Origin: Takakia lepidozioides
Lineage: Eukaryota; Plantae; Bryophyta
Length of the DNA: 64,000 nt
NCBI GenBank assembly: GCA_030704615.1
Contig: CM060731.1
Location: 95,914,001-95,978,000, forward strand
Direction: 5' to 3'
Of the stretch, positions 34,937 through 47,157 are shown in pieces; positions within the stretch are counted from its first letter, which is position 1; each line of letters starts with the position of its first letter. The notes beneath the pieces were generated by a model. That model was not told where the DNA came from, searched no databases, and saw nothing but the letters and a program-made list of their open reading frames with translations. The translations under genes and the position numbers were made by a program.

Positions 34937-37900
34937 GCACAGGCTGTATCAAGCAATCAATTGAATTGCCCAGGAGACAGGAAACACAGACCTGAACAGC
35001 AAGGTGACCAGTTATAATGTGAAGCCGGAAGGGCGAGAAACAGTCATGGACTTTGATGATTCTATGCCAGTAATCCAATTGAGAATTGGAAGCACAGAAC
35101 TAACTGATGTACTGATAGATGGAGGTTCTGGAGTGAATATCATGACAGACCATTTTTGGAAGAAGCTTGGTCTAAGTAACATGAAACCAGCCCCATTTAC
35201 AGTAACAATGGCAGATCAAAGGAGTGTATAGCCATTGGTATTGATAAGAGGAGTTAAGATACAGATACAGAAGATGATCTTTATGATCACAGTAACTGTG
35301 TTGAAGATGGATGAAGTCATGGAGGCTTACTCCTTATTATTGGGACGTCCGTGGCTGAAACAGGCCAGGGTATTCCATGACTGGAATTCTCAGTTACTAA
35401 CCGTGCATAATGGGATACACGAGATACAAATTACCACAAAGAAATCTAGTAGATTACCTGCTACAAGAAGACCTCAAGGAGTCAGAGAGTATGACTGGAA
35501 AGGAGGACTGGATGAGGAGCAAGAAGCTACCATATTTGCTGCACACCCAGAGTGGGAGCAGGTTGCAGAGATGCGGCTGGAAAGCCTAAGTTGTTTAAGA
35601 GGTATCTGCTGTGGTGTAGTGACAGCAACATCAACTGAAGAGGAAACCAGCAGTTACCCATCACATTTCTATGAGGAAAGAGAAGGAGAAATGGAAATCC
35701 TAGAGGAACTAGCCACTGTGAGCTTACAGGATGAAGTGGTGACTGGTTGGACAATCACAGCTGATGAGCAGGTGAGGGAAGTGAATGTGGGAACTAAAGA
35801 GGAACCGAGGATGGTGAAAGTAGGAGCTGATTTGGAGCCGGAATTCTTTGAAGAAGCTAAAAGCTTGTTCATCAAATACAGAGATGTATTTGCTTGGAGC
35901 TATGAGGATCTAAAAGGAATACCACCTGAAGTCTGTCAGCATAAGATTGAACTGGAACCAGGGTCAGTACCAATCAAGCAGGCGAGGTACAGAATGAATC
36001 TCAACTACGCACAGAAGGTTGGATAAGAGATCAAGAAGTTGGCTGAGGCTAAGTTTATATACCCAATAGAGTATACAACTTGGTTGTCACCCATTGTTAT
36101 AGTTCCCAAGAAGAATGGTAAACTAAGAGTATGTGTGAACTACAAGAAGCTAAATGCTTGTACGAAGAAAGATCCTTTTCCTTTGCCATTCACAGAAGCA
36201 GTATTGGACACTGTGGCAGGCCATGAGATGTACTCATTCATGGATGGGTTCAGTGGTTATAATCAAGTGCAAGTGGCAGAAGAAGACCAAGGAAAAACAG
36301 CTTTCATCACAGACTAGGGTGCTTATGCATACAAAGTCATGCCCTTTGGACTTTGTAATGCACCAGCAACCTTTCAGAGAGTAATAAGTGAATCTTTTCA
36401 TGAGTATCTGGATGATTTCATGCAGGTGTTCTTGGATGATTTCAGTGTGTACATCTCTAAGAATGAGCACTTGCATAAATTGGAGTTATGTCTGGCCAGA
36501 TGCAGGATGAGAGGTCTGGGCCTGAATCCAGAGAAGTGTACTTTCTGTGTGAACTCAGGGGTGCTTCTGGGACACATTGTGTGTAAGAGGGGACTTCTTG
36601 TGGATCCCAGGAAGATAGAGGCCATTAAAGCCTCTCCACCACCAGTGAATGTTAAGAGTCTAAGGAGATTCCTTGGGCAAACCAGTTATTACAGAAGATT
36701 TGTCAAAAGGTATGCACAAATAGCAGCACCATTGAGCAAGCTACTGAAGAAAGATGCAGTGTTTGCCTGGACAGCTGAATGTCAACAGGCGTTTGAGGAA
36801 CTTACACTGTCAGTAACAACTACACCTGTGCTGATTAACCCTCACTGGCATGTAGTATTTCATGTTCACTGCGATGCATCAGGAGAAGCATTGGGAGCGG
36901 TGTTAGCCCAGAATGTTACAGGAAATATAGATTCACCTGTGTACTATGCTAGCAGGTTGATGAACAGTGCTGAAAGGAACTATAGCACAACGGAAAGAGA
37001 AGCATTGGCAATGATCTATGCAGTGAAGAAATTCAGGCATTACCTGTTGGGCAAGAAGTTTATGTTCTATGTGGATCACCAGGCTCTGATATACCTGGTA
37101 AATAAACCTCTGATAAGCGGAAGAATAGCAAGATGGTTGATAATCTTGCACGAGTTTGAGTTCGAGGTTGTTTACAAGCCTGGGAGACTGCATCTTGTGG
37201 CGGATCACTTGTCACGGTTATCAACAGGAGAACCAGCCACAGGAATAGATGATCAATTACCAGATGCGAGTCTATTTGCAGTGGAGGTGCTGGGAAGTGC
37301 AGATGACTGGTTAGATTGGCAGTGGCCAATCAGATACTACCTTGCTCATGGTCAGTGCCCACCTAGTTATGGTAAGGAGCAGAGGAAGAGAATCGCTATC
37401 AAAGCTTTACCTTATACTATGGTAGGAAGCAGAATGTATAAGCTAGGACCTGATGGAGTACTAAAACGATGCTTGTACCACCATGAAGTAAATAAAGTTT
37501 TGGAGGAAGTTCATAAAGGAGTGGCTGGAGGTCATTTTGGAGAAGAGACTACCAGTAGGAAGATACTACTCGCAGGTTACTGGTGGCCTACTTTGTTCAA
37601 AGATGTACACGAGTATTGTCAGAGTTGTGATGAATGTCAGAGGCTAGGACCTTTGCAGAGATTTGGAAGGATGGCCTTGCATCCTACAATGCCTACGGAA
37701 CCATTTCAGAAATGGGGACTAGACTTTGTTGGACCAATCAACCCACCAGCCAAGAATACACGGAACAGGTACATAATTACAGCCACTGATTATACTACGA
37801 AGTGGGTGGAAGCTAAAGCTTTGAGGGACAACACAGCCAAGTCCACAGCAAGGTTCCTGTACGAGAACATACTTACACGATTTGGCTGTCCCATAGAATT

Positions 37901-39455
37901 TATCAGTGATCAGGGAAGCCACTTCATGAATGAGACCATTGAGTTGTTGACTAAAGAGTTCATGATTGTGCATAGAAAAAATACAACATATTACCCACAG
38001 GGTAATGGGCAGGCAGAGGCTACCAACAAAATACTATGTACTATCTTGGCTAAGATAGTCAATGCAAACAGAACGGATTGGGATACAAAGCTGCTGACAG
38101 CTTTGTGGTCATACAGGACTTCATATAAAGTCACCACTAAGTATACACCATTCCAATTAGTTTATGGTATGGAAGCCTTACTTCCAGTGGAATTCCTGTT
38201 ACCTACCATGAGAACGGAGTGGGGAAAGAGAATGGAATTGCAAGATTCCATTAAGGTCAAGAAACATGAATTATATCATGTGGAAGAAGTACTTGCTGAT
38301 TTAGCTGATAATATGACCAGAATTCAGATGAAGAGAAAGGAACAGTTTGATGAAGGCAAGTTAAAGACTTTTAAGACGGGGGATTTGGTTCTATGGTTGC
38401 AGAAGAAAGGAAAGATTAAAGCTTCTAAGCTTAAATCACCATGGAAAGGACCTTATGTCATACAAAAGATGTATGATAACAACACCGCCATGTTACAAAC
38501 CATTAATAAAGAAATGCTGGGAAGAGTCAATGCCAATAAGTTAAAGGGATACAGTGGTATCCATGACAAACCCTTGCAGCATGATTTGCATGTTGAAACG
38601 CAAGAGCAGTCGCGGGCTGCACCAGTGTTACGAACGGAGTATGGAGCACTTGTCGCTAGGCCAAGCATATATGACCAGGGCGGGAAAAACAAGCGTGACA
38701 CAGCCTATCACAGCCCATCACCACGTGACACAACCTTTCACAGCCCATCAAGGCGAAACACAGCCTATCACAGCCCATCACGACGTGACACAACCTATCA
38801 CAGCCCAGCACGGCGCAACACAGCCTATCACAACCTACCACAGCGTGTCACAGCCTATCACAGCTTACCACAGTGCATCACAGCCTATCACAGCGTACCA
38901 CAGTATGACACAGCTTGTCACAGCTCAACACAGCCTACTAGGATTACACGATCCATAGAATCAGTGACAGGTGGGCGCACAATACCTTCAGGAAAATGGC
39001 TGACGGAAGAAAAGACGGAAACCAGTTTAAAAATAGACACGTGGAAGTCAGGGCACGACACACAGCCGAGAAGGAAGTGCAAGAACAGGTGTCATAAAGA
39101 AAGAGGACAAGAACGGCTGTCAAAATGGATGAAAGGCGGGCCCATTAATGAATACGGAAAAAGGGGAACGGAACAAACGGCAAGTACAAAAAAACGAAAT
39201 TCTTGCCACATGTGTGATCCTAGTGGACTATCCAGCAGGGAAAGTCCACTAAAGAAAATGAAATCTAAAATCCAGTCACAGCGGTTACAGCCAATAGAAA
39301 GCCAGAGAAAGGATCAAGAAATTGGAGGGAAATTAAGCGCAAGAGGCGGCGTCGTTCTGCGTAACGGGCGTCTCGACAGGACAGACCATCAATGCTATAG
39401 CTTGAAAACTATGGAGGAACTAACAGACTATACGCTTGCAATACTACTTACGTAG
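34937..39455 (+). pseudogene. pol: pol: aspartic protease, RT, RNase H, integrase (several stops before 36339; 36339-39455 open)
   Basis: VLIDGGSGVNIM (PR); DGFSGYNQV, MPFGLCNAPATFQR, VFLDDF (RT); HCDASG...NYSTTEREALA (RH); H..GGHFG...CDEC, WGLDFVGP, ISDQGSHF, GQAEATNK (IN); GPY. Confidence 0.93.
38696..38935 (+). repeat. 30-bp tandem repeat (~8 units) after integrase, in frame
   Basis: Unit ~ACAGCCTATCACAGCCCATCACGACGTGAC, translating as repeated RDTAYHSPSR. Confidence 0.9.
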
Positions 39456-42232
39456 TGGCATAGGGACGAAACAACAGAGTGGATCTTTTCTCTTGAGCGA
39501 TGCTTGCAAGCCCCACAGGCTTACAAGAAATTACCCATAGCTTTTTGTGGCAACCATACGTTTATGCTTTGTGCACTACAGGCATTTCTTCAGTTGTTAC
39601 AGCCAAAACATTTTTGTGAGTCTAGAATGAAGAGAGTGAGAGGAATGGAGGAAATCAGGGTGAAGAGCACCACAATTCTGCAGAAACAAACGATTGCTAC
39701 CCCACAGGCGATACAGATACTGAAGGAGCTGAGATTGCAAGGATTGCAAAGCATAGATTGGACATTGCACCATAGACAGTACATGTTACAATTTTTGCAG
39801 AACTTTGAACCAAGGACAGGAACAACAACGGTGAAGGGAGTTGAATTAGTAATTACTCCCCCAATTGTTTCGATTACCAGCAGGTCAGGTGCATGTGGAG
39901 GAACACAGGGCAAGACTGCAAATAGGGGACTTATTCCAAGAAGGGAGTTTCTTTAAAACTCAGGGTTATGCTTGTACAAAGGCTGTGTACCCAGGGCTAA
40001 AGGGATAGGCCAGGTATTGAACGTTCTGATTGCCATGAAACAGAACCAACAGTATTTGAGCAGATCCTTCACGGAGGAAATACTCAAAGCCCTGAAGGGA
40101 CAAGAGGTAGAATGGGCGGACATAATGTACAACGCACTGGTGGAGGAGATGAAAAGATTACAAGGTACTACCGCAAAGTCTCCTATCATAATGTCTGGCC
40201 CAATCATTGCTCAAATAATTCTTGATTCTGGCATACTTGATGCGCAAGAAAGAAAGGAGATGGGAGTGTTTGAGCCAGAAACCACTGCAATGGAAGAGCA
40301 AGGCTCTTCACACAGTGAGGGTGGACTAGCAGGGCAACCCGAGACTAAGAGGCAGAGACGGGGAAAGACTGTAGTGGCGGATCCACTGGCTTCACGGATT
40401 CCGCATGATAATGTTTCCCAAGCTCATGTGCAGGAAGGGGCACAACAGCACAGAGAACTGCTACTACTGGAAGCAGGACCTTCAGAGAGGGAGGAGGAAG
40501 TTACTTCAGTATCACAACCATCACAGCCAGCTGATCGGCTTGTCACAAGGTTACAAGTTGTCCATGCAGCTCAACCAGAAATAATTGATTTGGAAAGAGA
40601 AGGGTTAGATATTCCAACTACAGAACAGATAGTGGCAGAAATTGAGAAGGGGGACCTTCTCTCTGAATATTCTGGTCTGGTCAAGGAGACAGAGATTCCA
40701 GAGGTGCAACAGTTGCCCAAGGGAAATCCTGAGGTGCATATAATACACACACTTGTGTCGGAGGTACCACAGGCAGAAGGTCATGGCACTGTAGCACCGG
40801 TGATAGATGAAGTGGTTCAGGAAGAAAATCCGGTGGGACAATGGCCTGAGTGGTTTGTGAGACATCACACTGTTGAGGATCAGGAGGAACAGCAGCAACC
40901 TCACCATGATGACCCTCAACAGGCAATGCTGATGAGTTCCATAGGCAGGACACTTAATTTGTTGGGGACTTATGTCAAATCCCATGTTCCAACTACCCAA
41001 TTGACAGCCTTGAGAGAAGAACTCAGGAAGGAGTTTGAGGCTCGACTAGCCACTGAGTGTGCAAACAAGGTCGATGAAGAGGTCACTCTCAAAATGCAGC
41101 AGGACTTGGAAAATACAGAAGCGGCTTTGCAATTGGCCAAGGAACAATTGATTGAGGCAGGCCTCGCGCAAGACCAGTTGCACGAAGCACATAAGCAACA
41201 GCTATACCAAATGCAGGTGCAGCATGAAAGCAAGTTGCAAGAAGTGAATACACTACATACGGAGTTGCAGACAGTGCATGACAAGATGGCGATACAATGT
41301 GCTACATTCACAACTATGCTTGACCAATCTACAAAAGAAATAAACAGTCAAGCGGAAAAATGTACGAAGGCAGAAGAAGAGAATGTTGAGCAAATGAAAC
41401 TCATTGTCGATATGAAGAATACAATCTGTCGCAATGAGGATACTTTCAAGCAATACACGCAGTTGAAGCTGATCAAGAGAAGCACATCGTGGAGTTGCAA
41501 CAAACGCTCATGGCCAATAGAACTGAAATCACGGTCACTAACAAGTCTTGGAAGGAAGCTAATAATCTACTTGCTGCCTATGCGAATTTGGTTGAACCTC
41601 ATGCGAAGCGCATGGAGGCCTTACAACAGCAGTTAAAAGTGTACAAACTAAGAGAGGAGCACACTCTCAGGGGAACCACAAGCAACTTGGTGGATAACAG
41701 CCTTATGCAGGTCTGGTTAGCACAAGGGCCAATGGAGGGCAAAGCACCACGAAAGCTCACCCAAAGCGAGATGAATGAGCTCAGACTGCAAGTGCAGAAC
41801 ATTGCCACAACTACTATAGACAATGTCTATAGTAGGATAGCAGAGTTACAGGAGGATGTAGACGGACTGCAGACTCAAGTGGAGGACCTCACTTCAAACA
41901 TAGACAAAAGAGTCTATATCCCTCAGGAACAGCTAATGGCTTCTTATTTACAAGCCAGAACTTTGGTTTTTCAGTCTTCACAGGAGGTGCAGGAAATGCC
42001 AATGATACAAGAGCCAGTACCACCAACACCACAACAAGTCACTGTACCAGTAGCTGAACCTGTTGTTACTACAACCACACCGCAGCCACCACAGCCTGAG
42101 GTATGGGGCAATGCTGCTTTTAACCCACCTAAAACTCCAGCTGCAAGGGAGTACAGTAGGGCTATGATTATGCCCTTCAACCAAATTCCCATCATGTTGG
42201 ATTTGGCTTGGAAAGAATTTAGTCCTCCGCAG
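39400..42232 (+). pseudogene. Additional 3' ORF of the retrotransposon (unknown function, long coiled coil), frameshifted
   Basis: ORFs 39504-39956, 39972-41636 and 41489-gap are homologous to 47158-50410 and 53482-56700. Confidence 0.75.
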
Positions 42233-42732
42233 NNNNNNNNNNNNNNNNNNNNNNNNNNNNNNNNNNNNNNNNNNNNNNNNNNNNNNNNNNNNNNNNNNNN
42301 NNNNNNNNNNNNNNNNNNNNNNNNNNNNNNNNNNNNNNNNNNNNNNNNNNNNNNNNNNNNNNNNNNNNNNNNNNNNNNNNNNNNNNNNNNNNNNNNNNNN
42401 NNNNNNNNNNNNNNNNNNNNNNNNNNNNNNNNNNNNNNNNNNNNNNNNNNNNNNNNNNNNNNNNNNNNNNNNNNNNNNNNNNNNNNNNNNNNNNNNNNNN
42501 NNNNNNNNNNNNNNNNNNNNNNNNNNNNNNNNNNNNNNNNNNNNNNNNNNNNNNNNNNNNNNNNNNNNNNNNNNNNNNNNNNNNNNNNNNNNNNNNNNNN
42601 NNNNNNNNNNNNNNNNNNNNNNNNNNNNNNNNNNNNNNNNNNNNNNNNNNNNNNNNNNNNNNNNNNNNNNNNNNNNNNNNNNNNNNNNNNNNNNNNNNNN
42701 NNNNNNNNNNNNNNNNNNNNNNNNNNNNNNNN
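42233..42732. other. Scaffold gap (500 N)
   Basis: Run of exactly 500 n. Confidence 1.
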
Positions 42733-45700
42733 TCTGAGAATTCCAGTCATGGAATACCCTGGCCTGTTTCAGCCACGGACGTCCAATAATAAGGGAGTAA
42801 GCCTCCATGACTATCATCCATTTTTAATACAGTTACTGTGATCATAAAGATCATTTTCTGTATCTGTATCTTAACTCCTCTTATTAATCCCAATGGCTGT
42901 ACACTTCTTTTGATCTGCCATTGTTACTGTAAATGGGGCTGGTTTCATGTTACTTAGACCAAGCTTCTTCCTTAATTGGTCTGTCATGATATTTACTCCA
43001 TAACCACCATCTATCAGTAATCAGTTAGTTCTGTGCTTCCAATTCTCAATTTGGATTACTGGCATAGAATCATCAAAGTCCATGACTGGTTCTCGCCCTT
43101 CCGGCTTCACATTATAACTGGTCACCTTGCTGTTCAGGTCTGTGTTTCCTGTCTCTTGGGCAATTCGATTGATTGCCTGATACAGCCTGTGCCTACAATA
43201 AGGTGCCACAACTAATAGCTGTCCAATGGTAATTTCTGCTTTGGTCTGACATATTACTTCAGCCAAAGTCTCTTCATTACTTTGTACTGTCTGCATCTGC
43301 ATCTTCTTTTTTCCTTTCTTCCTCACTCCCCTCGTCTTTTCTCCATCCGAATCAGAGGGACTCTGCCACAGGAATATCAGTACTCTTTTGCATTTCCCTT
43401 ATAGTATCTGCCACTTCCTTGTGCAGTTCCTTCTCATCCTTCCAAGTCTCTTTCATCTTCAGGCATATCCTTGCCACTTCCAGTCTCATCTTCTCTTCCT
43501 CTTCTACTGGAGGTATTAGTTTGGCTTTACTTCTTGTTACTATCATTGTACTTACTTCTGGACAAACACATGGCCTAATGTGAGCTGCCACCACTGGGCC
43601 CTCATTCACAGGAGCTCTCATCTCATTCTGGTGTCTTATCCAGAATGAACAGGCTGCCTTGCGATGTCCTGGCTGATTACAATAGTAACATAGCTCTTCA
43701 CCATTGGGTCCTCGCCCTTGGTCTGGTCTTGGATTATTTCTATAATCCTGATTCCCGGGCTGGTAATTCCCCCTTGGATTACCCTGATAGTTGCCTCTGG
43801 AATTTCCTTGGTAATTCCCTCTTGAATTACCTCTCCCTTCCATGCCATGTTATAACCACCAGACCTACCATAGTGGTCCTGATCATTGCTTCTTCTTGGC
43901 TGGGGCTGCACCTGATGCACCCTCACTTGCCTAGGTTCTCTTGCAGCTGTCTCTTCTGTAGTAACAATTCTTCTCAGTAGAATGGTTATCCATTTTAACA
44001 GATAGTACAGTGTTTCTCCTTCATGTGGCATTCTTGTAGGGTAGTGTATGGCCTTCATTCTGGCACTTTGCACACCATACACCCTTCCTCCAATGTGTTG
44101 CAGCCTCTGTGCATACTTCTTCAAGATTTCTTCCAATCTTTTCTCATAGTTATCCCTCTTCAACTTTTCCTTTCTCTTACTCTTTCTTTTTAGTTCTTGC
44201 TCTTCTTCTTCATCTGACTCATCTTCAGAGTCCTCATCTTCCTTTTTCTCTCTCCTGAGCATTCCCAATTGCTCAATTCTGTTTGCAGTTTCAAATGCCT
44301 CCTCCACTGTATTATGGGGTAACATATCCTTTCTTCTGCAACTCTGGTCTTAGTCCACTCACAAACCAGTCTTCTGTAAACCGGGTGCTGGTACTGCAGC
44401 CAGCTTTTTCATCATCAATTCCATCTTCTCCATATACTCTTCAACAGTTTCATGCTTCTTCTTCTGCTTCAGCTGTTGTAAACTTCCATACACTTCATCC
44501 TCAGTTTTACTTGTCCTGAACCTATTTCGAAATGCTGTATTCAAGCCATTCCAGGTTAGGAAATGATTATCAGGGAATCTTGCATACCATTCACTTGCTT
44601 TCTTGATAAGTGAACAAGGAAACAGTCTCATCTTGGCATCATCGCCATTCTCATTGTTCACTATACACATGTGCTCAAATTGGCTAATGTGTACATCGGG
44701 ATCCCTTTTCCTGAATATATTGGAAAGGGTGGTTTTGCCCGTGTTGGTTGTAACGCCATCTGTGGCCCTACCTTCTGCCCACTGACAGGTGCTGGCACCC
44801 TTGCTGGTGCTGGTCCTTCTGGACCTGTTGTTTTTGTGGTGGATTTTCCACCAAGTGGTGGCCCTTGAGCACTCCCTGCTTCTGGCCCCACGATATTCAC
44901 AGTATTCCCAGCTTCAGTTGCACTACTTCCCACACTCCCTGTCCCCCCAGAGCCAGATCCAGGCAGCCCGCCTGATCCCCTGAGCCGACACCTTCGTTGG
45001 CCTGTGATCCAAGTGCTCCACTTGATCCAGGTCCAACGGGTTGGGATGTCCTGGTTGTAGTCTCAACCTCAGCTGTTGGGTCTACTTCTTCATATTCTTC
45101 CTCTTCCAATTTCTTCTCTCTGTTTTCATCCTCCAAGTTCTGCCCTTGGGTTTCTTCTTCACTCATGTAACTCAACTGTAATGGTGTTGGAGAGTCTGAA
45201 CTCTCCGTTGGCTCTGCCACATCCTCATCTCCTTCTTCATCTTCTGCTTCAGAAACTGGAGTTCCTGCTTTTGGTGTTCCATGCCAACTCTTATCAAAGA
45301 TTTCTGTCAAGTCTTTTATCCAAGGATGTACCTCAGATCTTTCACCTCGTGATTGATCTTCTTCCTGTACCAATTCCCTTAATCTTTCTTGCAAAGAAAC
45401 AGAAGGAGTGGCATCCAACTCTAGTTCTTCCGGTATAGGTGATGCACTTTTTGATCTTGATGGTGTGAGAGGTCCAGATGATTCCCTATGTCTATTCCTC
45501 TCTCCCAAAGATATGGATAATTAGCTTTCAGATAGCTTTCTCTTTTTGATGAATATCTTTGTCGTCTAGCTTCTCTTTCATCACTCATGTCCCATGTCTT
45601 TCATTTCTTTTAATGTGGCAATAACCAAAACTCTCTTCTGTAATATCTCTCGTATATGCCTGGATTTCTTTCAAGCTTCAATGCACCCTTGGCTATACTT

Positions 45701-47157
45701 GAAGTCTCCGTTACCATATAACCATATGGCAAACAAGTCTGAAAAGCTGTTCTTGGTGTGAGTTTGATCCACAAAATATCCTTTGGAATCCAATTCTTTA
45801 CCAGTACAAGCTCTTCATGCATATGAGTATAAACATTCACCTTTCTTTCTTCCCAGCCTTCAAACTCTACTCGTTTAATGGATAGCAACGCTATCACATA
45901 AACTAATGTTGGTAACCAACGTGCTCTTCCTCTACAGGCTACCTGATAAATCTTTATCACTCCTTTCTCCAGACCCCATTCTGGATCAGCATCATGCACT
46001 CGTTTAAGAATATTTTCTTTACATCCGTCTGGCAATTCCAAGAACCTTTGAAAGAATTGTTTGGACAATCTTTCTTCCTTCGTTCCACAGGGAATTTGAT
46101 TCACTTCAAACTCTTTAATGGTCCAACCACCATGATCCCACCAGATGCCTGTCACATCTGGTTGTTCATGTCCCAGGTCCCCAGTATGGTCGCCAAATGT
46201 CGCGCGGCTTTTACTCACCCATCCCTTCGCTATCCGAGGCGGAAACTCCAAGATAGAAGAGTTGTAAATCTCTAAGTACTCAGCCCGCGCAGAACAATCA
46301 GTCATGACCTACAGCTAGTGTATCATGGGGGTGTTTCCTATTTGTTTCCTTTTCCGCATTCATCTTAGCTACCCTACCATTGATAATTAAGTATCAGTTT
46401 GCTTCATCAATTTATCGGTTCCCTCCACTAATCCATTCAATCCACAGCTTCACTCAGATCTCTCTACACAGTGTGATTGTATCGTATAAGTATCAGATTA
46501 TGATTTATCAGGTATCAGGCCGAAGCCATTGTGTCTCTATTCTCCTCTACAATATCCCTACAGCTTTGCATATAACAAGCATCTACTAATCCTCTTTCCT
46601 CCTTCATCGTGCTCACCGACTTCCGCTCCCGTATGACTCCGAAATCCTCCTTCCCCGAATAATGATCATCATCCTCATAATCCCCGTTCTCCCCTTTATC
46701 CTCCTATCCGCGGTTCTAACCGTTTCCCTCTCTAACCGTCGTATGTGAATTAACATGTTCCCTTCACAGGTGTTGTTCCCCACAGTCGTTCCCTGTCCTA
46801 CTCTTCGTTCCCTATTATCGTGACAGCTGTGTCAAGCGGTGACTGGCTGTGTTTGGCTGTGTCGGGCTGTGACCGGCTGTGTGGCTGTGTGGGCTGTGAC
46901 GACTGTGACGGGCTGTGTGGGCTGTGACGGCTGTGTGGGCTGTGTGGGCTGTGACGACTGTGTGGGTTGTGACGACTGTGACGGCTGTGTTGGCTGTGTG
47001 GGCTGTGACTGCTGTGTCGGCTGTGTGGGCTATGTAACCCCCCTCTACAGTGCGCTGCTGTCACCCCTAAGGTTCCTGTTTGTCTCAGTCTGTGCAAAAA
47101 TTAAGGGTACCCTCCAGATCCCGTATAAGTGTCTAAGTCCCCTACAGTCCTCTAAAA
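42733..47157 (-). mobile_element. 5' half of a Ty3/gypsy copy: LTR (46198-47157), PBS, 5' ORF, frameshifted gag and protease
   Basis: Reverse complement of ~31970-35395 plus a full-length LTR; inserted into the 3' ORF of another copy. Confidence 0.9.
45610..46305 (-). CDS. Extra ORF upstream of gag, starting within the LTR and reading through the PBS (231 aa, unknown function)
   Basis: Open here; homologous but disrupted at 31914-32554, 52068-52340 and 59017-59615. Confidence 0.5.
   Translation of the reverse strand: MTDCSARAEYLEIYNSSILEFPPRIAKGWVSKSRATFGDHTGDLGHEQPDVTGIWWDHGGWTIKEFEVNQIPCGTKEERLSKQFFQRFLELPDGCKENILKRVHDADPEWGLEKGVIKIYQVACRGRARWLPTLVYVIALLSIKRVEFEGWEERKVNVYTHMHEELVLVKNWIPKDILWIKLTPRTAFQTCLPYGYMVTETSSIAKGALKLERNPGIYERYYRREFWLLPH

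Larger units (their letters stand above)
31655..42232 (+). mobile_element. Ty3/gypsy (non-chromovirus) LTR retrotransposon: deleted 5' LTR, PBS, extra 5' ORF, gag-pol, 3' ORF; cut by the assembly gap
   Basis: LTR 31655-31967 (internal deletion at ~31880), PBS 31970-31987, domain order gag-PR-RT-RH-IN, and no chromodomain. Confidence 0.92.

Noticed and set aside
41489-42841. ORFs spanning the N run
   Set aside because: Artefacts of translating through the scaffold gap.
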